Assembly (NCBI GenBank): GCA_963772865.1
Contig: CAVYZA010000034.1
Location: forward strand, 291,550-355,549
From: an uncultured beta proteobacterium
GTDB lineage: Bacteria > Pseudomonadota > Gammaproteobacteria > Burkholderiales > SHXO01
Direction of reading: 5' to 3'
Length of the DNA: 64,000 nt
Positions 47,201-56,427 of the stretch are shown one piece after another. How positions within the stretch are numbered: position 1 is the stretch's first letter; each line of letters begins with the position of its first letter. The notes below the pieces were generated by a model that searched no databases, had not been told where the DNA came from, and saw only the letters and a program-made list of their open reading frames with translations. The translations under genes were made by a program, and so were the position numbers.

Positions 47201-49615
47201 GCTGCCGGTGCCGTCGGCACCGCCGAGGAACGTCAGTCCGGTGGTCTGCAGCAGGCTCACCGTGCCGTTGGTTGCGGACAGGTTGAGCCGCACCGGGTTG
47301 CCTCCCGCATCCACGTCCCCGATGGCGATCTGGTTTCCAGTGCCGGGTGAGAACACCAGAGGCGTGTCCTCGGACGCAGTCTGAGGGCCTGGCACGATGA
47401 TGACCGGTGCATCGTTCTGCGGCGCGAGCACGATGCCGCGGGTGGCGGCTGCACTGTCAGCAATGCCGTCGTTCACCACAAAGGACACCGTGCGCGTACC
47501 GCTTGGGCTGTCGCTCAAGTTGCGGAAGGCAACGGTGCGCAAGGCGGCCTGATAGTCCGCGGGGCTCGCTGCGCCAGTCAACAACAGTGTGCCCGTCACG
47601 GCATCCCAGCTACCCGTGATCCCCAGCTGGTTCACAAAGCTCAGCTCGTCTTCGCTTTGCACGTAGCCGGCCAGAATGCGCACGCGGGCCTGGCTCAGGA
47701 TCGGATTGTCAGGATCGCTCAGGGCGAGGCCGGCATCCACCGGCGTCGCCGGCGCCCCCTCCGCATAGGCGAGGGAGGGGATGGACAGGGTGATGGTCGG
47801 CACGATGTTCGGCGACACCGTGATGGCGATCACGTCCGAGTCGGCGCGCGCTCCGCCCGATCCACTGTTGCCCTGATCGTCGGTTGCGACGGTCAGGCTC
47901 GCCGGTCCGCTGTAGTTGAAGCTCGGCGTGAACCTCAGGCCCTCGAGCGCGCCATTGAGGTTAAGCAGGGTGCCGGTGATCGTGACCGCGTTGGTTCCAT
48001 TGCCGAGCACCGAGCTCAAGCCGGTCGTGGACCCAAGCGTCAGCGTTCCGTTCGTCCCGCTCAGCGTGACCTTCAGCTCGCCGCCGCCGGCGTCGACATC
48101 GCTGACTGTAATCGCGTTGCCGCCGGCGCTCGAGAACACCCGCGGCGCGTTCTGTGCGGTCGACTGCGCGCCCGGGACGGATTGCACCGGCGCATCGTTC
48201 ACCGCGCCGAAGTCGATGGCCACCGTGCTGTTGGTGATCAGCGCCCCGCCGGTCCCGCTGTTGCCCAGATCGTTGGTGGCGATCTGGACGCTCGCGGGGC
48301 CGTTGTAGTTGGCGTTCGGATCGAAACGCAAGCCGTTGAGCGCGCTATTGATGTCGGCGATCTTGCCGGTGAAAGTCATACTCGTGTCGGCACTGCCGTC
48401 GCCGGTAACGAAGGTGAGCGCGCTGGTCTGCGCCAGCGTGAGCCGCCCGTTGGTCGCCGTAAGCGTGACCTGGATCGGCGCGGTACCGGCATCGACGTCG
48501 GAGATGACGATCTGGTTGCCGTTGCCCGCGGAAAAGACCACGGGGGCATCTTCGCTGCCGGGCTGTGTGCCTGGAACGGTGTTGACTGCGGGATCGTTGA
48601 CCGAACTGACCGCGATCTGGCGCACGGCCGCGGTACTGGTGAACCCGCCGTCGCTCGCGGTGAAGGTCACGCTGCGCGTCAGCGTGCTGGGCTTCTCGCT
48701 CGTGTTCTGGTAGGTCACGGAGCGCAGCGCAGCCTGGTAGTTGGCGACGGTCGAGACACCGGTCAGCGTCAACGTGCCGGTGGCCGAAGCCCAGGTGCCC
48801 GTAATGCCCCACGAGTTCGCGTTGTTGAAGGCGAGAAGGTCCTCGCCGCTCACATAGTTGCCGGTGATCCGCACCGTCGCGCTCACCAGGGTGGCGCTGT
48901 CCTCGTCGATCACGCTCAGACCAGAGTCCACCGGGACCGGCCCGATGCTTTCGGGGTAGGCCAGAACACTGACACTGGTCGTGACCACCGGCGGCGTCTC
49001 GATGCTGAACGCCGCCACGTAGCCGTCGAAACCACCGTTGAACGTGGTGTCGTAGCCGCTCGGCGTGATGCCGGAGGCCGACGCTGTGTTGCCGGCGACG
49101 TAGAACTTGCCGTTGGCGTAGCTGGCGGCCCAGGCGTCGTCGGCGTTGCCGCCACCGAGGTAGCTGGCATACACTCGGCCGGCGGCACCGCTGACGCTGG
49201 GGTCGAGCACCAGGACGAAGATGTCCTCGCCCCCCGCGTTGGCGGACTGGTACGCGTTGGCGGTCACGGTCAAGTTGCTGGAGGTGGTGAAGCCGCCGGC
49301 ATAGATCCGGCCCGCTGCATCCACGTCGATGCCCCAGAGCGATTCGACTCCGCTTCCGCCTACGTAGGTCGAATAGACCAGCGAAGCAGCCCCGGACGCA
49401 GCAGGGTCGACGACCGCGACGAAGCTGTCCGCGCCGCCGCTTTTGGTCCCTTGCATTGCGCTGGCGGTGACATCGAAGTTGCTGGACGAGGTATCGCCGC
49501 CGACGTAGATCTTGCCACCGGCGCCCAGAGCCAGCGTGTAGCCGAAGTCGTCGTTGCTGCCGCCCAGGAAAGTGCCATAGACGAGTCCGGTGCCTGCCGG
49601 ATTGAGCATCGCCAC
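43874..49615 (-). CDS. Giant locus B, fragment 2 (1,913 codons)
   Basis: Further SBBP-like repeats come first. Then five composite modules (..LAYPE...VD.GLS..D.D...L..A.V.I..NYV.GEDLL.F......GI.G.W....GTL.L.G......YQAALRSVTY.N.S..P....R.V.F...DG... followed by VNDAPV...PLVFS..NGN.I...DVDAG.....V.L...NGT..L). Finally YWTD blades 1-4. The good frame ends near 44235. Confidence 0.85.
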   Translation of the reverse strand: MAMLNPAGTGLVYGTFLGGSNDDFGYTLALGAGGKIYVGGDTSSSNFDVTASAMQGTKSGGADSFVAVVDPAASGAASLVYSTYVGGSGVESLWGIDVDAAGRIYAGGFTTSSNLTVTANAYQSANAGGEDIFVLVLDPSVSGAAGRVYASYLGGGNADDAWAASYANGKFYVAGNTASASGITPSGYDTTFNGGFDGYVAAFSIETPPVVTTSVSVLAYPESIGPVPVDSGLSVIDEDSATLVSATVRITGNYVSGEDLLAFNNANSWGITGTWASATGTLTLTGVSTVANYQAALRSVTYQNTSEKPSTLTRSVTFTASDGGFTSTAAVRQIAVSSVNDPAVNTVPGTQPGSEDAPVVFSAGNGNQIVISDVDAGTAPIQVTLTATNGRLTLAQTSALTFVTGDGSADTSMTFTGKIADINSALNGLRFDPNANYNGPASVQIATNDLGNSGTGGALITNSTVAIDFGAVNDAPVQSVPGAQSTAQNAPRVFSSAGGNAITVSDVDAGGGELKVTLSGTNGTLTLGSTTGLSSVLGNGTNAVTITGTLLNLNGALEGLRFTPSFNYSGPASLTVATDDQGNSGSGGARADSDVIAITVSPNIVPTITLSIPSLAYAEGAPATPVDAGLALSDPDNPILSQARVRILAGYVQSEDELSFVNQLGITGSWDAVTGTLLLTGAASPADYQAALRTVAFRNLSDSPSGTRTVSFVVNDGIADSAAATRGIVLAPQNDAPVIIVPGPQTASEDTPLVFSPGTGNQIAIGDVDAGGNPVRLNLSATNGTVSLLQTTGLTFLGGADGTGSMSFTGTVADINAALSGLRFLAAGDYVGPADVQILVDDLGNTGGGPLAASRTVLINVTSVNDAPAGTDKTLTTSEETAYAFSVLDFGFTDPKDGPDDSFQAIRVATLPGGGTLTNNGVPVTAGAFVGVADLLAGKLVYTPFANASGVGYATLGFQVQDSGGTAGGGSDLDPLVRTLTIDVAAVNDPPVNAVPASQSTPGGTPLTFSSANGNAITVSDIDENGGGLGITLTGVNGTLTLSTIAGLSGVTGNGTASLSFRGSPDGINDALDGLMFTPNAGFFGAGGLQIVTDDLGNTGSPGPLQAMSSVAIDVTYTAPSLTVNATPLSYVENDPATPVDGGLSIGAGTLGVLNGATVNITGNYVNGQDLLNYNAGVLPGGVGAVWDASAGALTFSGTATLAQYEALLRSVTYRNLSDIPATALRTITFTLDDGASIVSNARQVGVTAVNDAPGVALPVSQSTAINTSLVLSSGNGNAITVSDVDAGGAPLRVTLLASNGNATLASTTGLSLLVGNGTSNIVFTASLANINNALNGLVFTPNTSYTGSASLQVAVDDQGNTGSGGAKLTNPTLFISVIYMPPNLTTTGGALVYAENAAATPIDPGLTLAPGNVNPLTSVQALIASNYVIGEDTLTYNSGALPGGVVANWNPATGTLSFTGNATAAAYQALLRSVSYGNGSDAPSTATRIVTFTANDGLGSDIASKQVAVTAVNDAPTVSVIADQSIPQGSSGGPIAFTIGDLETTPASLVVTAASSNGTLLPNANITLGGSGANRTISYTPLASQYGSATITLSVFDGTDTTLQSFDLTVVPPNLPPMLSVTTLSVAENAANGTVVGNVGAVDPDPEKSFSKIYWTDYFDNQIKRANLDGSGVETLINGLNDPAGIAIDYAGGKLYFADTGSNRIYRANLDGSGLQAIVTSGLNTPVSIKVDSANGKLYWADSGTAKIQRANLDGTGVQDLLTSANGLSVPTSLDLDLVNGKIYWTDDGTNQVRTREPGRVGHADAGERHRQPREHRARRGRQQDVLGRQGRRPDRSGRAGRLGGGDDFRLDQQRHQRAGGRHRSRQAVLDRGRPRPHPPRQPGRHRHGHGRFTRACCRIRQGSRWARPCRG

Positions 49616-51726
49616 GAAGGCGTCGGATTTGCTGCCGCTCGAGCCGTTGGCTGCCTGATACGCATTCGGGAGCGCCGTTGTGAAGCGTGCTGGAGGTGCT
49701 CTCCCCGACCACCACGGCGTTGCCGGCAGCGCGTGACCTCCATGTTGTAGACGGCGTCGAAGCCGCTGCCGCCCAGAAACGTCGAATAGACGAGCCCGCT
49801 GCCGCTGGGATTGAACTTGGTCACGAAGGCCTCGGCGCCGGCGACGCTCGTATCGAACGCGCCCACCAACGGAAAGCCGGTCGCGTTGTTCGTATAGCCG
49901 GCCACGTAGGCGCTGCCCGAGCTGTCTACCGCAACCCCGTAGCCGATGTCCGCGTCGCCGGATCCGCCCAGAAGCGTCGAAAAGATCAGGCCTGTGCCGG
50001 AGGCGTTCAGCTTGACCAGGAAGGCGTCCTGATTTCCACCCAGCGTCGAATCGAAGGGTGAAACCAGAGTAAAATCGGACGACTTCGTATAGCCCGTAAT
50101 GTACGCGTTGCCAGCCGCGTCGACGGCCAGTCCGTAGCCCTCGTCCTCCTTGTCGCCGCCGATGTAGGTCGAGTAGATCAGGGTGCCCAGATCCGGGCTG
50201 AACTTGCTGACAAAGACATCTTTATTGTTGAGGGCGAGGGAGAAGGCGCCGACGCTGGTCGGAAAATCATTGGAGTTCGTGTAGCCGGTCACGTATACAT
50301 TGCCGGCCGCGTCCGTATCCATGTTCCAGATCTGCTCGCCGTTGCTGCCGCCGAGGTAGGTGCCGTAGGACAGGATTGGATCGATCACTAGCTGGCGCGA
50401 GGCGTCGTAGCTGCCTACTTCGAAGCCGACGCTGCCGTCCTCGAGTAGCGTGTACCGGCTGGTCACCCACTCGCGTCCGGCGGGGCCGTCCTGATAGGCG
50501 ACCGGGGCCTGAAAGGCGATGGTCTGTCCGGTCTCGCCCAGACTCAAGATGAGGTTGCCGTTGGCGTCGACGGAGACGCTCTGGGCCCCTTCGAAGCCGA
50601 AGCGAATTGCGCTGGCATCCGCGCCCGCCTTGACGATGAAGTCGTACTCGAGCTGCCGCTGGTTCCCGTAGTAGCGCAGGTCGATGCCGTCGTAGACCTC
50701 GTCGTATCGCACGGCGCCGTAGTTGGCCACGTCACGCCGCCACTGGTCCTCGCCGCCCACCAGATAGTTGCTCTTCGCCTCCAGCAGGTTCTCGCCGCTC
50801 GCCGCCGGGTCGTCGTTGGCGCCGCGCAGGTCGAGACGCACGGCATAGCCGCCGGTTTCGTTCTGCAGACCGATGACCGCGTCGCCGTCGGTCAGCCACA
50901 CCGTGTAGCCGTTGCCACGCGCGAGGAAATCGACGTCCCCGTCGCTCTGCCCGGCGTTGACCTCGAACGCGAGCGGGCTGCTCACTACGATGGGCTCGGT
51001 GGCAGTGGCGTCCGAGGTGGCAAGATCCAGCAGGCTGGCAAACTGGCTTTGCGCAGCCGTCTCCACGACCACCGGGGTATCCACCAGCCCGAGCTCGAAC
51101 TCGAGGTCCCAGTCGCCGCCAAGCTGCTGGGCGCCGGTGGGATCGGTGCTCGCCGCGACGTCGGCACCGGTCAGGCGCGCCATGGCCTCCAGCAGCGAGC
51201 GGCCTTCGGCGGAGCCGGCCACGTCGCAACCATAGATCAGCAGGTCGGCCTGCTCGGTGAGGGCATCGCCCCACGCACGAATCTTCGCCGCGTTGGCAAG
51301 CAGCGAATCGAAGTCGAGTGTCGTGCTGCCCAGCTGCACCGCGCCAGGCTCGCCGTGAGAGAGGATGTGCACCGCGTCTATATCGCTGCGGCCGGCGAGC
51401 GCCTCGCTGATCTGCTGCACGCCGTCGCGGGCCGGGTCGAGCTGAACCACCTCGATGTCGCGTTCGCTGGAGTTCTGCAGGCCTTCGACGAGCTCCCGCT
51501 GTCCCGGGGTGCTGCTGTCGACGAATACCAGCTCGTGGCGCCGGGGCTTTGCGTCGATCGTCGAATCGCTGTTGAACTCGCCGCTTGGATCGAGGGTGCG
51601 TTGCTCCGTCGCGGGTGTGAGAACAGGCGTGTCCAACCCTGCCGGCGCGAAGTCGGCAGAGTAGAGAATGCGCGGCTCGATCTCCTCGACGAGAGGGCGG
51701 CGGCGGGGCTGGGCGCGACGTTCCAT
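49360..51726 (-). CDS. Giant locus B, fragment 1 (leader, DUF4347, SBBP-like propeller repeats)
   Basis: Starts MERRAQPRRRPLVEEIEPRILYSADFAPA. The DUF4347 block reads HELVFVDSSTPG...VHILSHGEPGAVQLG...LLIYGCDVAGS...GADVAASTDPTGAQQLGGDWDLE. Repeats of the form YLGG...G.AVD..GN.YVTGYT.S.DFP follow. The good frame ends near 49735. Confidence 0.85.
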   Translation of the reverse strand: MERRAQPRRRPLVEEIEPRILYSADFAPAGLDTPVLTPATEQRTLDPSGEFNSDSTIDAKPRRHELVFVDSSTPGQRELVEGLQNSSERDIEVVQLDPARDGVQQISEALAGRSDIDAVHILSHGEPGAVQLGSTTLDFDSLLANAAKIRAWGDALTEQADLLIYGCDVAGSAEGRSLLEAMARLTGADVAASTDPTGAQQLGGDWDLEFELGLVDTPVVVETAAQSQFASLLDLATSDATATEPIVVSSPLAFEVNAGQSDGDVDFLARGNGYTVWLTDGDAVIGLQNETGGYAVRLDLRGANDDPAASGENLLEAKSNYLVGGEDQWRRDVANYGAVRYDEVYDGIDLRYYGNQRQLEYDFIVKAGADASAIRFGFEGAQSVSVDANGNLILSLGETGQTIAFQAPVAYQDGPAGREWVTSRYTLLEDGSVGFEVGSYDASRQLVIDPILSYGTYLGGSNGEQIWNMDTDAAGNVYVTGYTNSNDFPTSVGAFSLALNNKDVFVSKFSPDLGTLIYSTYIGGDKEDEGYGLAVDAAGNAYITGYTKSSDFTLVSPFDSTLGGNQDAFLVKLNASGTGLIFSTLLGGSGDADIGYGVAVDSSGSAYVAGYTNNATGFPLVGAFDTSVAGAEAFVTKFNPSGSGLVYSTFLGGSGFDAVYNMEVTRCRQRRGGRGEHLQHASQRRSRMRIRQPTARAAANPTPSWRCSIRQAPDSSMALSWAAATTTSATRWLWAPVARSTSAAIPRPATSMSPPAQCKGPKAAARTASSRSSTLLRPGLLRWSIRPT

Positions 51727-51902
51727 TCACAAATGCCAACGCAGAACCCGTGCCCGTGCCAGCACAGACGGCATGCCGCCGGTCGCCGTTTACGTTGTTT
51801 GACGTTGTGCTTGCCGCGCCTGCAGGCTGCCCAGACGAAGCACAGCATCGCGGATGCAAACGTCATGTCAGGGCATTGTCAAAGCGTGACACTCCTCTTG
51901 AC

Positions 51903-52030
51903 GGGAGAGGGCTGGGGTGAGGGTGAACTGCGCGCGACGCAGCCCCCTCTCCCTACCCTCTCCCGCGAGGGGAGAGGGACCTTTCTGTCTGGCCCTCACC
52001 CTACCCTCTCCCGCAAGCGGGAGAGGGACC
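51903..52030. repeat. REP-like intergenic palindromic elements (three related copies)
   Basis: ccctaccctctcccgcgaggggagagggacc and ccctaccctctcccgcaagcgggagagggacc are direct copies with internal 7-9-bp hairpins. gggagagggctggggtgagggtg is present in inverted orientation. Confidence 0.7.
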
Positions 52031-52055
52031 TTTCCGTTCTTTGCCGAAGCCGCGG

Positions 52056-54038
52056 CTATTCGCCGCGGCCGGCAAAGGACAGGCGGGCTTCGCTGTTGCG
52101 GTCCTGCTTGAGGAGCAGCTTGCGCTGTGCACGATGGCGGCGCTCCTCCTGCCGCTGCGGGAGGCGCGCGAGGAACGCCCCGAACCGCGCGGGCACCAGG
52201 CGGCGCGCGCCAGCCAGCGCGATCGCCGTGCTGCGCAAGGGCGCCGGCAGGGAGCGGGCGAGCAGCCCGTCCTGCAGGCTGAGCACCGTCTCGACGCTGC
52301 CCGGATCGCCCTGGCGAGCGGCGCGGCCGTGCAGCTGCCGGTCGATGCGCGGGGAGCTGTTGTGCTGGCAGCAGATCACGTGCAGGCCGCCACGCTCGGC
52401 CACGCCCGGCGCCAGCGGGATGTCGGTACCGCGGCCGGCCATGTTGGTGGTGACGGTGACGCGGCCGGCCTCGCCGGCGCGCGCGACCATCGCGGCTTCC
52501 TCGCTGTCCTGGCGCGCGTTGAGCACCTGATGCTCGATGCATGCCGCCGCGAACCGGATGCTGAGCTGATCGCTGTCGGCGACCGAATCCGTGCCGATGA
52601 GCACCGGCCGCCGCGCCTGCTGCAGCTCGCGCACGCGCTCGACGACCGCCTGCCACTTGTCCTCGCCGGTGACGAACACACGCATGCCCAGATTGCGGCG
52701 CTGCGACGGTCTTGCGCAGCGGCACGCGCTGCACGCGCAGGCCGTACACGCTCTCGAGCTCCGCCCGAGCTTCGGTGAGGGTCCCGCTCATTCCGCACAA
52801 TCGCAGATAGCGCGGGAAGAAGCGCTGATAGGTGATCTGCGCGATGGTTTCCATCTCGCCACTGGGCGGGCAGCCTTCTTTTTCTTCCAGCAGTTGCTGC
52901 AGTCCGCGCGACCACACCCGGCCCGGCGCCACACGCCCGGTGGTCTGGTCGATCATCAGGATCTTGCGATCGCGCACCAGGTAGTGCTGATCGCGGAACA
53001 GCAGATGATGGGCCACCAGCGCCGAGACCGACGATCTCGTCGCGGTGGCGGCGGTCCTGCCAAAGCCCGCCCATGCCCTTGGCCCGCTCGACCAGGAGCG
53101 TGCGTCCGGCGCCCGTCAGCTCGGCCTGCTGAGTCGAGGGATCGAGACGAAAATCGCGGCCCGGAACGAGGTGCAAAGCGATGCGCAACGCTTCCTGGAC
53201 ATAGGCCTGCTGCTGCGGGTTCACGCGCGGTTGCGACAGGATGAGCGGGGTGCGCGCTTCGTCGATCAGGATGCTGTCTGCCTCGTCTACCAATGCCATC
53301 CACAACCCGCGCAGCAGCAGCCCGCTCGACTCGGCCTGACCGGTTTCGAGGTGACGCACGCGGTCGTGCAGCTCGCTGGGCAGGTGTCGCCGCACCAGAC
53401 GGTCGCGCAGATAGTCGAAGGTCAGCTCCTTGGCGGTACAGTAGGCGATGTCGGCGCCGTAGGCAGCACGGCGTTGAGCCTGATCCAGCGGGCGCGTCAC
53501 CGCGCCCACGGTCAGCCCCAGCAGGCGATAGACCGGGCCGAGGTGGGCTGCGTCGCGATCCACCAGGTAGTCGTTGGAGGTGACGACGTGTACCGGCGTG
53601 CCGGCCAGTGCCGCAGTGGCTGCCGCGACCGCGGCGGCCAGGGTCTTCCCCTCGCCGGTGGCCATTTCCGCCAGACGGTTGCCGAGCATGATGCGTGCAG
53701 CGATGAGCTGAGTGTGAAACTGCTGCATGCCCAGCGCTCGCGAGGTCGCCTCGCGCACCAGCGCGAAGGCTGCCGCCATTGCCGGGTCGGTGAAGCCCTC
53801 GGCGCCGAGGTTGGCACGCACCTCCCGTACGCGCGCCGCAAAGGCAGATGCGGACAGTCCGCGCGCGTCCTTGGAATGCGTGTCTACCGCGTCGAGGAAC
53901 TGTTGCTGGCGGCGTTGGCCGAGCGCGCGCGGCAGCTCCCAACCCGAGTAGGGTCGCGCAGCGTGGTCGCCTGTCGTGGCTGCGCTCCGGATAGGGACCC
54001 AGCGCCGTCGCGCGGCTGGACAGGACGGCCGCTCGCAT
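52056..54038 (-). pseudogene. SecA-family ATPase paralogue (~660 codons, short form), interrupted by at least two 1-nt frame changes
   Basis: SecA motifs are spread over three frames: MATGEGKTL and LVDEADSILIDEARTPLI (ORF 52376..53821); HHLLFRDQHYLVRDRKILMIDQTTGRV (ORF 51868..53016); TNMAGRGTDI and RIDRQLHGRAARQGDPG (ORF 52056..52685). The shifts are near 53028 (gtcGgtctcg) and near 52712. The N-terminal start is unresolved (53821 GTG, or further upstream to 54038). Confidence 0.8.
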
Positions 54039-54140
54039 GCCGCTTGCGATCCCCGCTAGCCCGGGCAGCTCATGCGCGCCGCGCGCGAGCCAGGCTCGGC
54101 GGCAGATGCTTCGGCGGCGCCTTCACGGACTGGTCTGGCC

Positions 54141-56285
54141 TCAGCTCTGCGGATTGAACTGCTTGAGGAAGAGCTGCAGCAGCCGGCGTTGCCACTGGAT
54201 GGCCAGCGGGCTGGCACCGTGATCGAAACGCACCCAGACCCTGCCACCCACGCGCTGCAGCGGCGTCGCCGTGACTCGCACGTCGAACAGGAACACCGGC
54301 TCCAGGGTACGCGTGCCCTGATTGTCGGCGGGGTCGGTCACGACAGGACCGCCGGAACGGTCACCGAGCGCCGCGGTAGGCAGGATCGCGGTCGCCGCAG
54401 GCACCTCGCCGGTGAGCGCCGCGCTGATGGCCTCGCCCGGCTGATCGGCAAGGCTCACCGCCACAGCGCGGGTGCTGGTGCGGATGATGCCGGCGTCCTG
54501 CTGCGGCACCGCGACCTTCACGCTGATGTCTTCGCTGCGCAACACATGGGCGATGACGGCCCCGCGCGCCAGATAGCTCCCTGGCAGGTCCTGGGCTCGC
54601 GGCATCACCAGCTTGCCTTCGACCTGACTGGTAACTTGCAGGGCTGTCAGCCGCCGCTGGGTTTCCTTCAGCTCCTCACGCGTCGCATCGGCCTCTTCCC
54701 GAATCGACGCAGCGCGGCCGGCGTTCACGTCCAGCATCTGGTTGTACTCGATGTCCAGTGCGCTCAAGCGCGCCTGCACCGCGGCGTGCTTGGCCACCAG
54801 ATCGGGATCGCTCAAGGTGACCAGGAGGTCGCCGGGCTTGACCAGCTGGCCGTCCTGCGCGTGCACCTGTTCGACGAAGCCGCCGGTCTCAGCGCGCACG
54901 CGAGCCTTCTCGGGCAACCAGACCACGCCTTGGGCCATGGTCGAGAACGGGACCGGCAGCACGTACAGCGCCACCAGCGTCGCGACTGCGATGCCGCTCG
55001 CAATCGCATAGGCACGCGAGCGGCTGCGGGCCAGCTGCGGCGCGGTGCGCAAGAACTGCATGACATTGTGCAAGGGCTTGAGCACCATCCCGACCGCGAT
55101 GAACAGGCCTGCCGCGACGCCGAGCCAGAAGGAGTAGGCGCCGGCCCAAAGCACGATCAGGATGGAGACGAACCAGCGATACGCGAACGACAGCACCGCG
55201 TAGCACAGCAGCAGCATCGGCTCGCCCTTGGCGGTCACCGGTGAGGTCGCGTCGTGCACCTTCAGCAGATAGCGTTGCGCCAGGTAAGCCACATACTGGT
55301 TGCTGCGTGGGCCCAGGTTGGGCACGTCGAGCACGTCCGACAGCACGTAGTAGCCGTCGAACCGCAGCAGCGGGTTGCCGTTGAACAGCACGGTGGAGAC
55401 GCCGCCGATCACCATGACCACGAAGCACATCTGGCGCACCAGGCCGTCTTCGACGTTCAGCCAGACAAACAGAGCCAGCGCCGCCAGGAACAGCTCGACC
55501 ATGATGCCGGCCGCGCCGACCAGCGCGCGCCGGTGCTTCTCCGGAAACGCCGAGGCCGCCGAAGCATCGACGAACGGCACCGGAACCAGGAGCAGCAGGC
55601 TGATGCCGGTCTCGCGCACCTCGCCGCCCCAGGCTTTCACCGTCAGTCCATGACCCAGCTCGTGCACCACTTTGACGAGCGGATACATGATCCACATGAG
55701 CAGCAGGAATTCGGGCGTGAGCATGTGGACCGAAGCGAAAGCCCGGATCGGCGCCCAGTTCGTGCCGACCGACAACAACCCGAGTACCACCACCACCGCC
55801 CAAGCTGCCAGCGCCACCGGGTGGACCAGCGCGCGGCCGACCGGCGCGAGCCGCTCGAGCATCTTGTCGGGGTCGAACAAGGTCACGCGGAACGCCAGCG
55901 GATTGAGCATGGCGATGCGGCGCTTGCGGTTCTTCTCGAACCGCCGCCGGAACAGCTCGGCGACATTGGGCGTGATCTCACACTGCAGCAGATCGTTGTC
56001 GCTCAGCTGGCAGAGGATCTCGATGGTTTCGTCCTGGGTCGGCGTGTTCTCGCCGAGCTTGTTGAGCAGCGAGTGCCAGATCTCGTCGGTCGAACGCTTG
56101 CCGTCCATGCGACCGATGAAGTGGAACGTGTTCTCGTCGACCCGATGATGGCGGCCGGTGCTGGTGTCCTGCAGCAGGTACCAGGCCTGGTCGCGGTAGA
56201 CGTGGCGCGACACACGCACGTGACTGCGCAGGCGCGGGTGAATTCCGGCGACGCGGTACCAGCGGGAGGAGAAGAGGGAATCCAT
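54141..56285 (-). CDS. Fusion protein: PqqD-like N-terminal domain + M50 (site-2-protease) intramembrane metalloprotease + HlyD-type periplasmic adaptor
   Basis: 714 aa. HExxH reads VVHELGHGLTV and the second S2P motif reads FNGNPLLRFDGYYVL, set within multiple TM helices. The C-terminal ~300 aa have a lipoyl-hairpin/coiled-coil/barrel pattern (GGFVEQVHAQDGQLVKPGDLLVTL...EGKLVMP). The N-terminal ~100 aa (..AWYLLQDTSTGRHHRVDENTFHFIGRMDGKRSTDEIWHSL..) resemble PqqD by eye. Confidence 0.8.
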   Translation of the reverse strand: MDSLFSSRWYRVAGIHPRLRSHVRVSRHVYRDQAWYLLQDTSTGRHHRVDENTFHFIGRMDGKRSTDEIWHSLLNKLGENTPTQDETIEILCQLSDNDLLQCEITPNVAELFRRRFEKNRKRRIAMLNPLAFRVTLFDPDKMLERLAPVGRALVHPVALAAWAVVVVLGLLSVGTNWAPIRAFASVHMLTPEFLLLMWIMYPLVKVVHELGHGLTVKAWGGEVRETGISLLLLVPVPFVDASAASAFPEKHRRALVGAAGIMVELFLAALALFVWLNVEDGLVRQMCFVVMVIGGVSTVLFNGNPLLRFDGYYVLSDVLDVPNLGPRSNQYVAYLAQRYLLKVHDATSPVTAKGEPMLLLCYAVLSFAYRWFVSILIVLWAGAYSFWLGVAAGLFIAVGMVLKPLHNVMQFLRTAPQLARSRSRAYAIASGIAVATLVALYVLPVPFSTMAQGVVWLPEKARVRAETGGFVEQVHAQDGQLVKPGDLLVTLSDPDLVAKHAAVQARLSALDIEYNQMLDVNAGRAASIREEADATREELKETQRRLTALQVTSQVEGKLVMPRAQDLPGSYLARGAVIAHVLRSEDISVKVAVPQQDAGIIRTSTRAVAVSLADQPGEAISAALTGEVPAATAILPTAALGDRSGGPVVTDPADNQGTRTLEPVFLFDVRVTATPLQRVGGRVWVRFDHGASPLAIQWQRRLLQLFLKQFNPQS

Positions 56286-56427
56286 AGTCTCAGGGGCTAG
56301 GGGCTAGGGACTGGAGGCTAGGCGAGAGGGTCTGAGGCTTGGCGCTTGGAACTGACGTGACCAACGCTGCACACCTGTGGCGGACAGTCACGGCAGGCGT
56401 GAGGCCACTCGGTCACTGCTTCCTGGA

